This document shows positions 43,397-54,689 of a DNA stretch of 64,000 nt, one piece after another (positions within the stretch are counted from its first letter, which is position 1; each line of letters starts with the position of its first letter). The position numbers and the translations under genes were made by a program. The DNA comes from an uncultured Parachlamydiaceae bacterium. GTDB taxonomy: Bacteria; Chlamydiota; Chlamydiia; Chlamydiales; Parachlamydiaceae. The stretch lies in assembly GCA_963752155.1 (NCBI GenBank), contig CAVVXH010000007.1, positions 1-64,000 on the forward strand. Reading direction: 5' to 3'. The notes beneath the pieces were generated by a model. That model searched no databases. It was not told the origin of the DNA and worked only from the letters and a program-made list of their open reading frames with translations.

Positions 43397-43456
43397 GTTG
43401 AGTGTACCCACGTGGCCTCTAAATAGTCTAAACCACTGCGTGAAAGTAATTTAATG

Positions 43457-43678
43457 TTAACTAATAAAACCGAAATAAAATAAGGGAATGACGTTTTTGG
43501 TCGGAAATAAGATGTCGTCTTTGACAAGAAAACTCGGATCATGAGATTCAGCAATTTGTCTTCCTGTTTTATTTTTTCCTCCAATTTCAAACACATGCTG
43601 ATTCACTCGATAATCACCCAGTTTAGAATAAAAAACAGTTTGATTGGCATCTCGAAGTGCCTGCAGAAAATCCAACAT
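43457..43678 (-). pseudogene. Second, further-deleted copy of the AAA_14 ATPase remnant
   Basis: 43456-43668 nearly identical to 38497-38708; start MLDFLQ fused directly to ALRDANQ. Confidence 0.75.
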
Positions 43679-43729
43679 TTAAGTATACTCCAAAGTTTTG
43701 TCTTATATTTTTAAGTGTACTTAAATTGG

Positions 43730-44878
43730 TTATTTTGTCAATAGTTTTGAATTTGTTTTTAAGATCGAGTCCATGAGTTCATTTCTTTTCAATTTGTATA
43801 ACTCTGTCCGTGGAATAGACTCTACAGTAAATACATGACGAATTTTTGCTAAAGGGATAATTTGTTTGTGGAATTGATCAATTAAGGGAGCCAAAAGTTC
43901 TTGATTTTCTAATGTTAGCGTTGCAAGGCATATCACTTTTCCCAAACGCTCGTCCGGTAGATCGATTAATACTGCTTCATTTTGATAGCCATGCTTAAAT
44001 TTAATCGTATCCCAAAGACTTTCTAATTCTGAAAAGTTGACATTTTCTCCTCCGATTTTGATAAAATTAGATCCTCTGCCATAAATATTTAAGATTCTTG
44101 TATCCATCGAACCCTTATCTTGAGTGGTGTACCAGCCTAGCACTTTAGGATCGATAAAATTTTTAAGGGGATCATTGCCGTGAACAAAGCCTGTCAATAG
44201 AGCGTTGCTATTTATTTCGATAAAATTTTCATGATTGAATCGCAATTTAATATGTTTTAGAACGATCAGGCTCTCTTTTGGATCCGGAGATTGTGCGGTG
44301 GCAATTTGAGAGCACACTTCAGTCATCCCATAGCTTTTTAGGAGCGGCCAGCCTCTTTCAAAGGCTGTCTCATGGAGCTTTTCAGGAAAAGCTCCTCCAC
44401 CGATAACGATAGCCTTCAAAGACTTTGGTGGAAGTAAATTTTGTGAAATAATGTCGTAGATATGCGTCGGTGTTAACGATGAAAAGGCTATATTCAAGTC
44501 TTCTAGTAGTTTTACATATTGAGCCGGATTCCACCTATTTTCAGAAAAGTCATAAACAGGTGAACATGTTAAGAAGGCTCTTGCATGTATCCCTAATCCT
44601 CCGACATGGAAAAGAGGAAGGACATTTAACCATCGATCTTCGTTTTGGATCTGCAAATGATCATTTACAGCTTCGGCTGATACCAATATGGCTTTTTTTG
44701 ATAAAGCAATCATTTTGGGAAAATTCTCTGTTCCGGAGCTTGCAAGCCAAAGATGACCTTTCATATTTTGATAGGGTGCACTAGCTTCGTTTAGCAGGTT
44801 TTTGGTTGCTTCAGGAAGTAGGGGATTAATGAAAACGTGAGATTCATCACTAGACCAATCTATTAAAGGCTTTTCCAT
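43730..44878 (-). CDS. menE: O-succinylbenzoate-CoA ligase
   Basis: SSGT..PK, LPLFHVGG, YGMTE; men operon context. Confidence 0.85.
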   Translation of the reverse strand: MEKPLIDWSSDESHVFINPLLPEATKNLLNEASAPYQNMKGHLWLASSGTENFPKMIALSKKAILVSAEAVNDHLQIQNEDRWLNVLPLFHVGGLGIHARAFLTCSPVYDFSENRWNPAQYVKLLEDLNIAFSSLTPTHIYDIISQNLLPPKSLKAIVIGGGAFPEKLHETAFERGWPLLKSYGMTEVCSQIATAQSPDPKESLIVLKHIKLRFNHENFIEINSNALLTGFVHGNDPLKNFIDPKVLGWYTTQDKGSMDTRILNIYGRGSNFIKIGGENVNFSELESLWDTIKFKHGYQNEAVLIDLPDERLGKVICLATLTLENQELLAPLIDQFHKQIIPLAKIRHVFTVESIPRTELYKLKRNELMDSILKTNSKLLTK

Positions 44879-45819
44879 TGAAGTTCCTTAAGAAGAGTAT
44901 CAAACCCAAATCCTGTCCCTCCAGGAGAAGTTAACTGTTGGCCTACGGAATGGATCGCATGAACAAAAGGATCATTTTGATAACATTTATGAGAAAGAAG
45001 ACCGCAAAGGTTTACTTGGTTAGGGTAAATGGCTTTTAATTTTGCTGCTGTATAGGCTGCGCACATTTGACCCAAGGGATGATCGAGATAGGTTGTTATT
45101 ACGAGCTGTGTTTTTGAATCTGTGAGAGAGGGAGGCTTTTCAACAGCTGGTTTGTGAACAATATATTGGGCCGATTTAGAATGCTGTAACGCTTTAAAGG
45201 CTTGATGGTCGGCTGCAAATGAAACATTTAATTGAATTTGATCCTCAGACCAATAGATAGGATCATATGGATAGGGATCTTCTATATAATCAATTTTCTG
45301 TTTGACTGTGAAAGGGATTTTATCCCAATAGTCGATGAAGGATTCTCTAGAAAGCCTTTCATTGAAATCTGGACGAAGCTTTAGTCCTGGAACGATCTCA
45401 ACCCAGGATTTCAACGTAAGAATTTCTTTTTCTATCTGTGTCCCCAGCTTAAGTTTAAAATGAGTGATACCTATCTCTGCAAGCTTCTTAATATCATCGG
45501 ATAAACTGACAATCTGGTGGCTTGGTGGAATTTGTATTCCATCAAAAAGAGAGCGGTGATCTTGTCGCGCCTCGGCATCGAGGCGTGCAAAACGGAGCGA
45601 GCAATCGAGAAGCGGTGTTGTGTCATTTTGTTTCAAGAGAGCAAGTTGGTTTTGGACAGATAAATCTCCTAATTCTTCCCAAGGATGACAATCACAATAG
45701 CCTGTCAACCCGTCATGGAAATCGATTTTAAGCAGGGCTCCCTGACGAACCCGTGCAGAATCCAATGTGCCATAGTTTTCATTGTATTGAAGTTGATAGG
45801 GGTGATAAGAGATATTCAT
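44863..45819 (-). CDS. menC: O-succinylbenzoate synthase
   Basis: FKLKLG, LRPDFN, IEDP, GTGFG; operon context. Confidence 0.8.
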   Translation of the reverse strand: MNISYHPYQLQYNENYGTLDSARVRQGALLKIDFHDGLTGYCDCHPWEELGDLSVQNQLALLKQNDTTPLLDCSLRFARLDAEARQDHRSLFDGIQIPPSHQIVSLSDDIKKLAEIGITHFKLKLGTQIEKEILTLKSWVEIVPGLKLRPDFNERLSRESFIDYWDKIPFTVKQKIDYIEDPYPYDPIYWSEDQIQLNVSFAADHQAFKALQHSKSAQYIVHKPAVEKPPSLTDSKTQLVITTYLDHPLGQMCAAYTAAKLKAIYPNQVNLCGLLSHKCYQNDPFVHAIHSVGQQLTSPGGTGFGFDTLLKELQWKSL

Positions 45820-46646
45820 GGCAACCGTGGAAATTGTTTAAAATTAGGTTTCCTTTTCTCTAGCAATGCATTTTTCCCTTCTTTTGCTTCTTCAGTCATG
45901 TAGTAGAGTAATGTTGCGTCTCCAGCTAAGTCTAAGAGACCAATTTGACCATCGCAGTCAGCATTTAAAGCCGCCTTGCAACAACGCAATGCTAAAGGAG
46001 ACTTTTCAAGCATTTCTCGGCACCATTTAAGAGTTTCTGCTTCAAGCTGATCTAAAGGGACGACACAATTGACAAGGCCCATGTCTAAAGCCTCTTTTGC
46101 GCTATAAAATCGACATAGAAACCAAATTTCTCTGGCTTTTTTCTGTCCAACGACTCGAGCTAAGTAACTGCTGCCAAGTCCACCATCAAAAGAACCCATT
46201 TTGGGGCCTACTTGACCGAATTGGGCATTCTCCGCAGCAATCGTCAAATCGCAAACGACATGCAGGACATGCCCACCGCCAACTGCCCATCCGGCAACCA
46301 TCGCCACAACAGGTTTCGGCAGGCCTCGAATTTGTTTTTGCAAGTCTAAAACATTGAGTCGTGGAAGGGCATCTCCGCCAACATAACCCCCTTCCCCACG
46401 AACATTTTGGTCTCCGCCTGAACAAAAAGCTTTGTCTCCTTCTCCGGTTATGATGACAACGCCGATCTCTTTATCCATTCTAGCGATTCCAAATGCCTCT
46501 ATCATCTCATCGACAGTTTCGGGTCGGAAGGCATTGTGGATATGAGGACGATTGATCGTGACTTTTGCGATCCCATCCTCTGTGCGTTCGAATTTGATAT
46601 CTTCATAGGATTTTATTGTGGTCCATACTTGTTTATTTTTTGTCAT
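45816..46646 (-). CDS. menB: 1,4-dihydroxy-2-naphthoyl-CoA synthase
   Basis: [31 protein letters not shown]. Confidence 0.95.
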   Translation of the reverse strand: MTKNKQVWTTIKSYEDIKFERTEDGIAKVTINRPHIHNAFRPETVDEMIEAFGIARMDKEIGVVIITGEGDKAFCSGGDQNVRGEGGYVGGDALPRLNVLDLQKQIRGLPKPVVAMVAGWAVGGGHVLHVVCDLTIAAENAQFGQVGPKMGSFDGGLGSSYLARVVGQKKAREIWFLCRFYSAKEALDMGLVNCVVPLDQLEAETLKWCREMLEKSPLALRCCKAALNADCDGQIGLLDLAGDATLLYYMTEEAKEGKNALLEKRKPNFKQFPRLP

Positions 46647-47337
46647 GAAGTTCCTCGATAAATTTAGTGATTTGTTCATTGAATTTTTCTGGTTGATCCC
46701 AAGGCACTCGATGAGCAGCTTGAGGGATGATTGAAACTTTGCAGAAATTTCTGCATTGATTGGCTTGATGGGAAAATTTGGTGTCCAATTCGCCAGCTAT
46801 CATCAATATTGGGGTGGAAAGACTTCTGAGTCTATCTAGAAGAGGTTCTTGTTTACCTAATGACCAATTGACTAGCTGTTGAGCGAGTTTTTTTCTGTCG
46901 AAATGCTTCTCATCTCTGGGGAATGGGAAAGATTGATGACCAAAAACAGGATTGAGGTTCCAATCATGCATTAGCTTCTCCCAAGAATCGACCAGAAACC
47001 GTTCAGCCCATTGTCGATCAGCCTGCAGCCTTGCTGCACGTTCTGAGTCAGATGAAAGACCTAAATGGGCAGAAACAAAAATGGCTCCATCCCAGAGTGA
47101 AGGATTGGCAATGAAAGCATGCATCGCTAATCTTGCACCTAAAGAATACCCCAGTAGGATATTCATTTTATTTTGCTTTTTTACAGTAGAATTAAATGAA
47201 TTAGCCCAAGCCCAAAAATCTAGTTCATGGTTTTCAATTTTAATCGAATGATCGATGAATTCAAAGATATTCCAATCCGTATGGAGCCCAAGAAATCCAT
47301 GTAGAGCGTGTATATCAGTTTTATTTGAGTTCATCAT
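46633..47337 (-). CDS. menH: SHCHC synthase (alpha/beta hydrolase)
   Basis: LHGFLG, GYSLGAR, GELDTKF, AAHRVPW. Confidence 0.88.
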   Translation of the reverse strand: MMNSNKTDIHALHGFLGLHTDWNIFEFIDHSIKIENHELDFWAWANSFNSTVKKQNKMNILLGYSLGARLAMHAFIANPSLWDGAIFVSAHLGLSSDSERAARLQADRQWAERFLVDSWEKLMHDWNLNPVFGHQSFPFPRDEKHFDRKKLAQQLVNWSLGKQEPLLDRLRSLSTPILMIAGELDTKFSHQANQCRNFCKVSIIPQAAHRVPWDQPEKFNEQITKFIEELHDKK

Positions 47338-48892
47338 ATGCTTTCCAAAAGAGATCTGTGGCTATAGAATCAGGGCGAATTTCGACAAATGCTTGTGTAG
47401 GAAGATCTTTCGGTATATTTCCTTCAAAACAGGAATAAGGAATCATCCAACTTTTGGCAAAATGCTCGAAACCATACGAATGTAAATGTTGAAAGATAGG
47501 ATCTTTATAGATTCTTGCAAAAATTTTTCCTCCGCCATTATTGACGACGACAATTTTGATGGGCACATCGGAAAGCTCTTGTAAGATCCAAAGTGCGGCG
47601 AAATCATACAAAGTCGTTAGATCTCCAAGTATTGACCAATTTTCCCTGTCTTTATGGCATAATCCCAAAAATGTCGACAATTGACCGTCAATACCATTTA
47701 AGCCTCTACTAGCCTTAACTTCAATGTTACGATCCGTTTTTGATGCAGCTAAATCCCATCCACGAACAGGAAAACTGTTTCCTAGGTAGACTAGAGAGCC
47801 ATCAGGAATTCGTTTTGAGAGAGTGTGGTAGAGTGCCGGTTCAGAAGTAGGCAATGTTACAAATAGCTGTTGAATCTTTTGCGATCTTTGTTGATCGTCA
47901 TGAAACCAAGCTGCAAAATCACGACATTTCCATCCTTCAGGAATGTCAAATAGGGGGAGAAACTCTCTTAAGCAGCATTGAATATGACGGCCCCAACTTA
48001 GGCCGCTGAAGGGGACATTGCTTAGCGAACATTCTGCAAATTTATTGGGGTGATCTTCAAGATCTCTCCAAATGCGGGTCACAGGCACATCTCCGATCCT
48101 CAGGACTCCATCGATCTCGTATCCGTTTTTTTTTGAAAGGATCCAAACAGCGGATTCTGTGTGGATTTGAAGGTGTTTAAGTTTAGGCTCTTCTCTTAAA
48201 CCTGATCCTCCTTCACAATAAATGGGAGCATTTATGCGAAGCAGAAATTCAAGAACAGCTGCACGTTCTTCTTTTAAAAGGGTGCTGACAATCACAAATG
48301 GAGCTCGTGAAGCACGAAAGAAATCATTTAAATTTGTCGGATCTATAGGAAGTGGATGTGCTTTGACGACTTTTTGGTTAATCTTTGGTGATAAATCGTG
48401 ATAGATCGTAGGATAGGATCTTGGTTCTTCAATGCAGACGTTTAGATGTGCAGGACCGGATAAATCCCATTGATGGATGCGACAGATCTCTTCTCCTTCG
48501 ATATCCTGAGCAAAATGGGCATAAACTCCGAATAGACCGTCTTGTTCAGCTGTCTGGGGAGCCCCAGTTCCTCGAAAACGACGAGGCCGGTCGGCTGTCA
48601 TCAATAGGAGGGGTGTTCCGGTATAGTGTGCCTCCATTGCGGCAGGAAGAAGCTCTCCGGCGGCAGTGCCGGATGTTGTAACGATAGCCACAGGTTTGTT
48701 AGTGAGTCTTGAGCGTCCTAAGGCAAAAAAGGCTGCTGAACGCTCTTCGTACCAAAAATGTTTTTTAAGGTTCGGAGATTTCATCAGACAATTGACAAGA
48801 GGACTATTTCGAGATCCTGGACAAACGCAGAATTCGATAACTCCGGCCTTTACAACTTCCTCTAAAACATGTTGATAAATATGCGTTGTCAT
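47321..48892 (-). CDS. menD: SEPHCHC synthase
   Basis: CPGSRNSPL, ERSAAFFALG, TSGTA, TADRP, RGLNGIDG, GD..NNGGG. Confidence 0.93.
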   Translation of the reverse strand: MTTHIYQHVLEEVVKAGVIEFCVCPGSRNSPLVNCLMKSPNLKKHFWYEERSAAFFALGRSRLTNKPVAIVTTSGTAAGELLPAAMEAHYTGTPLLLMTADRPRRFRGTGAPQTAEQDGLFGVYAHFAQDIEGEEICRIHQWDLSGPAHLNVCIEEPRSYPTIYHDLSPKINQKVVKAHPLPIDPTNLNDFFRASRAPFVIVSTLLKEERAAVLEFLLRINAPIYCEGGSGLREEPKLKHLQIHTESAVWILSKKNGYEIDGVLRIGDVPVTRIWRDLEDHPNKFAECSLSNVPFSGLSWGRHIQCCLREFLPLFDIPEGWKCRDFAAWFHDDQQRSQKIQQLFVTLPTSEPALYHTLSKRIPDGSLVYLGNSFPVRGWDLAASKTDRNIEVKASRGLNGIDGQLSTFLGLCHKDRENWSILGDLTTLYDFAALWILQELSDVPIKIVVVNNGGGKIFARIYKDPIFQHLHSYGFEHFAKSWMIPYSCFEGNIPKDLPTQAFVEIRPDSIATDLFWKAYDELK

Positions 48893-48900
48893 AAAGCCCG

Positions 48901-50031
48901 CTATAGAAGCATTAAATCGTAGGGGATTGGAGCATTGGATAAATTCAAGAGACCTATCACAGAGTGAGCTTTGAGGAGGATTTCTTGCCATTCTGTTTCT
49001 AGATCACTTTCAGCTATAATTCCACATCCTGCTCCTATGAAGAGCGTATCATTCCATTGGACATTTCTAATAGCAACATAACATACTTTTCGATTTAATT
49101 TCCGGTCCCAAAATCCCACAGGTGCACCAAATCTTCTTCTTGGTAGAAGACTGTTATATTCAATAAGCCATTTTAATGCAAATTCTCGTGGAAATCCACC
49201 TAATGCGGGTGTTGGAAATAATGCTTTTACGAAGGACAGAAAATCCATTTTTTGTTTTAACTCTACGAAGATCGGGGTGTAAAGATGTGCTAAAGTTGGC
49301 AACTCAAGCCATTGTAAATTTTCAAGGTTGATTTTTCCAAAATTGTCTAATCGTGTCACGATATCGTCGACAACAATTTTATGCTCTTGAAAGAGCTTTT
49401 TATCTTGAAACAGCGATTGTTCTGGCGTCATGGAGCTCGTTTTTAATGTTCCTGCTAAGGCCATTGTTTCTAAGATTGCAGGGGAAGTGGATTGTGTGCG
49501 AAATAATAGTTCGGGTGTTGCACCAAGCATTCCTTCTGAGTTATTCCAAAAGCCATAAGCAAAAGCCGGATTTTCTTTTACGTAACGTAGGATATTGATG
49601 ATGATCTGAGTTCGATGTGAAGGAGAGATTTGATCTAAAGATTTTAAAAGAGTATAAAGGACTGCTTTTTCAAGTACATTTTTTTTGAATAAATTTTGTA
49701 AATCCCAAAAGCCTTTTTCAAAATCCTCTTTGTTCGGGTTCTCCCAATAAATGGAGGAAAAAGGTTTATCAAAATTGTTTTCGTGAATACTTTCAAGGGA
49801 AGAAAGCAATTCATCGATGGTTAAAATAGCTGTATTTTTTAAATGAAGCCAGGGATGGCTATCAGATAGAAAGAAATCAGGGAAGTAAAACCAAGTGGAG
49901 GTATCTTGATCAGGGGATGAATCCCATGTTCCTTCTCCCCATCCAATAATCATTTTTCCGGGTTCTGAGGTAAAAATGACCCCTTGGGTTAACCAATCCA
50001 TTAAGTCTACAGTGTTCACTAGCTTACTCAT
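48901..50031 (-). CDS. menF: Isochorismate synthase
   Basis: GATPELL, ALAGT, EH.IVV, PTPALGGFP, AGCGIIAES. Confidence 0.88.
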   Translation of the reverse strand: MSKLVNTVDLMDWLTQGVIFTSEPGKMIIGWGEGTWDSSPDQDTSTWFYFPDFFLSDSHPWLHLKNTAILTIDELLSSLESIHENNFDKPFSSIYWENPNKEDFEKGFWDLQNLFKKNVLEKAVLYTLLKSLDQISPSHRTQIIINILRYVKENPAFAYGFWNNSEGMLGATPELLFRTQSTSPAILETMALAGTLKTSSMTPEQSLFQDKKLFQEHKIVVDDIVTRLDNFGKINLENLQWLELPTLAHLYTPIFVELKQKMDFLSFVKALFPTPALGGFPREFALKWLIEYNSLLPRRRFGAPVGFWDRKLNRKVCYVAIRNVQWNDTLFIGAGCGIIAESDLETEWQEILLKAHSVIGLLNLSNAPIPYDLMLL

Positions 50032-50078
50032 TTTTAGTGTTATGTTCTTTCATTTTAAAAAAAATAGGTGAATTTTAT

Positions 50079-50136
50079 TTTACATGTAAGATCTCTTTGT
50101 GCTCTTTCCGCCTTCGTGCCTTTGCGTTTAATTTTT
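50079..50136. repeat. Short dispersed repeat matching the outer ends of the 25597-26015 composite
   Basis: ttacatgtaagatct...ccttcgtgcctttgcgtttaattttt. Confidence 0.6.
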
Positions 50137-50215
50137 CTTAGTATTTCACATCAGTCGATTTTATTATTTAGGAGATTGTATTTTCAAGAAGAACTTAACA
50201 TTAAAAAATAATCTT

Positions 50216-51379
50216 CTATTTTTTTTCTGTAAGCGGATAAACCTTCACACCCTCTCGAATGCTATCTGAAGGAATCGTAATGATTAAATCGTTTTCTTCA
50301 AGCCCAGAAATAATTTCCATTTTGTTTCCATAGTCTAAACCTATTTCTACACGTTTTAATTTCACGATATTGTCATCAACCACTACAGCCACATGTGGAC
50401 GTGATGCACGAATGATCACTGCAGTCGTAGGGATAATAAAACTTGTTTTTTCGGGAGTGAATAGAAACTTTACGTTCCCATATAGTCCAGAATAAAGAAG
50501 CCCTTCTGAATTGTCGATATCTACTTCTGTTAGTAAGGTACGTGCAACAGGATCTAAAGCTTTGGCAAAGCGGGTAACAGCCCCTTTGAATATTTTTCCG
50601 GGAAGTTGTTCTATGCTGACCTCAGCAGCCAATCCTTCTTTAATCTGAGTAAAGTAAGTCTGTGGGACATAAACATAAAAACGAATAGAATCTGTTTGAA
50701 CGATTTGGTAAAGCTCTTGAGGAGCTAAATTAACGGTTCCATAAATGAGTGTACCGATGTCGATAGAACGTTGAGAGATCGTTCCATCAAAAGGAGCATA
50801 AATATATTTAAAAGATTGCTCGTATTTATACCTAGCCACATTTTTCTTGTTCATGAGAACAAGTGCTTCAGTTGATTGTAAATTGGCATTAAACTGATCG
50901 ACCTCTTGCTTAGAAACAGCCTCTCGGTTTTTGTTCCACAGTGTTTGCCATCGTTCACTAGTAATCTTCGCAATGTCTCTTTGAGCTTCCGCATTGAGTA
51001 AGTCTGCTTCAGCTTGAGCTAAAAGTTCGTCTGTTTCCGGAGTATCGAGTTCTGCTAATAAGTCACCACCCTTGACAGTATCACCGATATCGACTAACCA
51101 TCGGATGACATAACCGTTTACACGTGACCAGATTGGAGTAAAATGCCAAGCTTGAGCTGAGCTGGGAAGAACGAGTCCTAAGGGCTTTACATCGGGATGT
51201 ACACGCATGACAGGTACGTGTGGGATATAGGTTTCATTTGCCAGTGCATTAATTTTTCGATTGTTTTCTTGTCGCGGCAACCATCCAATCCAAAACAAAA
51301 TAGCAAGAAGGACGATTGTAGCAACTGGAAGAAGCCATTTTCGATGTGATTTTCCTTTTACTTCCATAGACTCTGTCAT
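50216..51379 (-). CDS. RND efflux periplasmic adaptor (MFP)
   Basis: N-terminal TM, VDIGD.V..GDLLA, IYAPFDG, LDPVARTL. Confidence 0.92.
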   Translation of the reverse strand: MTESMEVKGKSHRKWLLPVATIVLLAILFWIGWLPRQENNRKINALANETYIPHVPVMRVHPDVKPLGLVLPSSAQAWHFTPIWSRVNGYVIRWLVDIGDTVKGGDLLAELDTPETDELLAQAEADLLNAEAQRDIAKITSERWQTLWNKNREAVSKQEVDQFNANLQSTEALVLMNKKNVARYKYEQSFKYIYAPFDGTISQRSIDIGTLIYGTVNLAPQELYQIVQTDSIRFYVYVPQTYFTQIKEGLAAEVSIEQLPGKIFKGAVTRFAKALDPVARTLLTEVDIDNSEGLLYSGLYGNVKFLFTPEKTSFIIPTTAVIIRASRPHVAVVVDDNIVKLKRVEIGLDYGNKMEIISGLEENDLIITIPSDSIREGVKVYPLTEKK

Positions 51380-51381
51380 TC

Positions 51382-54300
51382 TTAATCCTTTTCAATTGCT
51401 TGGTGTTCAGGGGGAACATAGGGAACATATTTTGCATGTAAATAAGGATTTTCTTTTTTACGCAAATAGGAAAATATGATGGGTACAAAAAATAAAGTTG
51501 TAAAGGTCGCCACGAGGAGTCCTCCGATGACAGCGATTCCTAACGGAGCATTTTGTTCACCACCTTCTCCAAGTCCAAGCGCCATGGGAATCATTCCTAC
51601 AATCATCGCTAAAGCTGTCATCATGATAGGTCTAAGTCGTGTCTCTGCAGCAGCGAGTATCGCTTCAATATTCGTTTTACCTTCTTTTAATTGTAAGTTA
51701 GCAAATGATACTAGCAAAATACTATTTGCAGTCACGACTCCAATGCTCATGATAGCCCCCATCAAAGAGGGAATATTGAAGGTGGTTTGAGTTAAAAAAA
51801 GCATCCAGATAATTCCAGAGATAGCTCCAGGGATAGCCATAGTAATCACAAAAGGATCGAGCCAAGACTGAAAATTAATCACCATGATGAAGTAAACTAA
51901 GAGGATCGCTAAAACAAACCCAAACGCAAGTTTTGTGAAGGCTTCTCTCATGTTGGAGACTACCCCACTCATAATGATTTTGTTCCCAGGAGCCATTTTA
52001 TCGTTATAGGTATCGAGTATTTTTTGAATATCCGAAGCGACTCCCCCAAGATCTCTCCCTTGAACATTGGCATAAATATCATAGACTGGCTGAATGTTAA
52101 GATGGTTGATCACTCCATCCGAAGCCCGCCGTTCTAGTGTGCAAAGATCGCACAATTGTTGCGATGTGACTGTTTTAGGACTTGAAACCGGGATGTGTAA
52201 CAGATCTTCAACAGTATTGATCCGATATTTTGGATTTTGAACGGCAATTTGATAAGGAATGCCCGCCTTTCTATCTAGCCAGAAATTAGGTGTCAACGTC
52301 GTACTATCGCTAAAGTTTAATAAGACATCTTGTGTCACATCTGTTTGTCTTAGTCCAGCCTTGGCAATTTTCATTCGATCGACTTCTAAAAAAAGCTCTG
52401 GCAAATCGACAATCTGATGGAGATGAGCGTCGGCAACCCCAGGAATATGGGAAATTTTTTCTATAATTTCATTGGCAATTTTTAAATTATTAGCTTTATC
52501 ATAGCCTGAGACTTTGATATCGATGGGTGTTGGCAACCCAAGTTAAGGATTTGGTTGACCATGTCTGCTGGTTGAAAAAAGAATCGCACTTGGGGAAATT
52601 TTTCTTTCAGATGCTCTCTTAGCATCTGCATATATTCGTTTGTGCTGTATTTTCTTTCTCGTTTAAGTGCAAGCAGGATTTCCCCATCATAACCTCCAAC
52701 TGTCGCATTATCGCCAAATGCTAAAGTGTAAGGTTGGGATTTAGTCCGATATTATCAATCAACATTTCGATTTCGTTGGGGGGAATGATCTTCTTAATTT
52801 CCTCTTCTACTTCGCTAAAAATTTCGGCTGTCACTTCGATACGAGTCCCTGAGGGTGCTCTGACATGCAAACGTAGCTGACCTGCATCTACAGAAGGAAA
52901 AAAATCTTCTCCAATAAAAGGGAAAAAGAAGTGCTGCACTTGCAAAAATGAACCCAAATACGGCTATAATAATGATCCGATTATCTAGTCCCCATTTAAG
53001 AAGGGAACCATATGATCCGCGGAAGCGATGAAATTGTTCTGAAAATTTGACATGATAGCGGTCTAAAAAGGTTTTAGCACCTCCACCAGAGTATAAGTAC
53101 ATTTCCGGAGGAAGAATAAATTTAATCATGACTGGAACAAGTGTTCGCGATAAGAAGTAAGAAGCCGTGATGGCAAAAACGACCGCTAGGGCCAGTGAAG
53201 AAAATAAAAACTTTGCAGGACCGACAAGCAGAATGACAGGCAAAAATACAATGCAAATGGATAGGGTGGAGACGAAAGCAGGAATTGTCACCTCGTAAGA
53301 GCCATCTAAAATAGCTTGTTCTAGGGGTTTCCCAGAACTGATATTGCGATGGATGTTTTCAATAGCAACTGTAGCGTCGTCGACCAATATCCCTATAGCT
53401 AACGTCAGGCCCCCTAAGGTCATAATATTTAATGTTTCTCCCATCAGGCTTAAAAAGATAATAGAGGTCATAATGGAGATGGGAATGGAAACCATGACGA
53501 TGAATGTACTACGCAGGCTTCCTAAAAAAATTAAAACCATAATCCCTGTTAAACATGCAGCTAAAATTCCCTCAGAAACAACTCCCTCGATGGCTTTTTT
53601 CACAAATAGGGATTGATCAAAGATGAGATCGAGATTCATCCCTTTCGGAGCCGCTGCGCGTATGGTTGGAAGAATCTCTTTTACTTGATTGACAATGTCA
53701 AGAGTTGAGGCTGTCCCGTTTTTTAATACCGGCATCAACACTGAACCTTTTCCATCTCGGCGCACAATATTCGTTTGAGGAGCAAAGCCATCGTGGGCAA
53801 AGCCAACATCGCGTAGAAATATCGTCTGATTATTCAAGGTTCCCACAGGGATATCATTGAAGGATTCAGGTTCTACAGGGGTATTATTTAAATTGACGAC
53901 ATAATCAAAATTTCCAATTCGACTGTCCCCGATAGGTGTTGTGAGTACCTGATTTTGTATGGCATTGTTGACATCTCTTGCGGATAATCCTCGATTTAGA
54001 AGGGATTGAGAATCGACATCGACCATGAGCTGACGAACTACACCCCCATAAGGTGTAAGAAAAGTTGCTCCAGGTACAGTTCCAAGAGCTTGACGAACAC
54101 GCCAGTTGCCATAGTCATAAAGTTCAGATTCTGTAACAGTTTCTCCGGACAAAATCAATTGTACGATGGGAACTGTATTAGCAAAGAAACGCAAAATAAC
54201 TGGAGGAAGGATTCCCGGGGGCATTCGCTTTAAGATAGCTTGAGAAATGGATGTAGCTTCGGCAATGGCTGCTGGAATTTCTGCTCCAGGATGAAAATAG

Positions 54301-54581
54301 AGGCGTATCAAACCGATTCCATTCACAGTTTGAGATTCGATTCTTTCAATATCATTAACATTATTAAAAAGAGAATATTCACTATAGGTAGTGATGCGCT
54401 CTGCAAAATCTTCCGCAGGTAAGCCGTTATATTGCCAGATCACACTGACAATGGGAATATTGATATTAGGAAAAATATCTTTAGGAGTCACTGCCATGAA
54501 GACAGAGCTCATAAGAGCAATCAAAATGGCAATGACTACAAAGGTATAGGGGCGTCTAAGTGCAAGTGCAACAATCCACAT
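51382..54581 (-). CDS. RND efflux permease (AcrB/CusA family), interrupted by three single-base indels
   Basis: MWIVALALRRP, GILVDDATVAIENI, RLRPIMMT; indels at ~52918, ~52736, ~52540 in short homopolymers. Confidence 0.88.
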
Positions 54582-54689
54582 GGCAAACAACTAATTAGGG
54601 GGTAATAAAATACTTTCAAAGTATTCAAAAATCATATATCAATAGAATTCATATATGAAATATTTATTTCAAGAGAAAAAGACTATCAA

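Noticed and set aside
39135..43450. Integron attC sites around hen1-pnkp
   Set aside because: gtttagac/gtctaaac motifs are single arms about 4 kb apart, not RYYYAAC...GTTRRRY hairpins; no integrase
52536..52925. Programmed frameshifting or true inactivation of the RND permease
   Set aside because: Three single-base indels in short homopolymers, with MFP and OMF partners intact; nanopore error is more likely, though reads are needed to confirm
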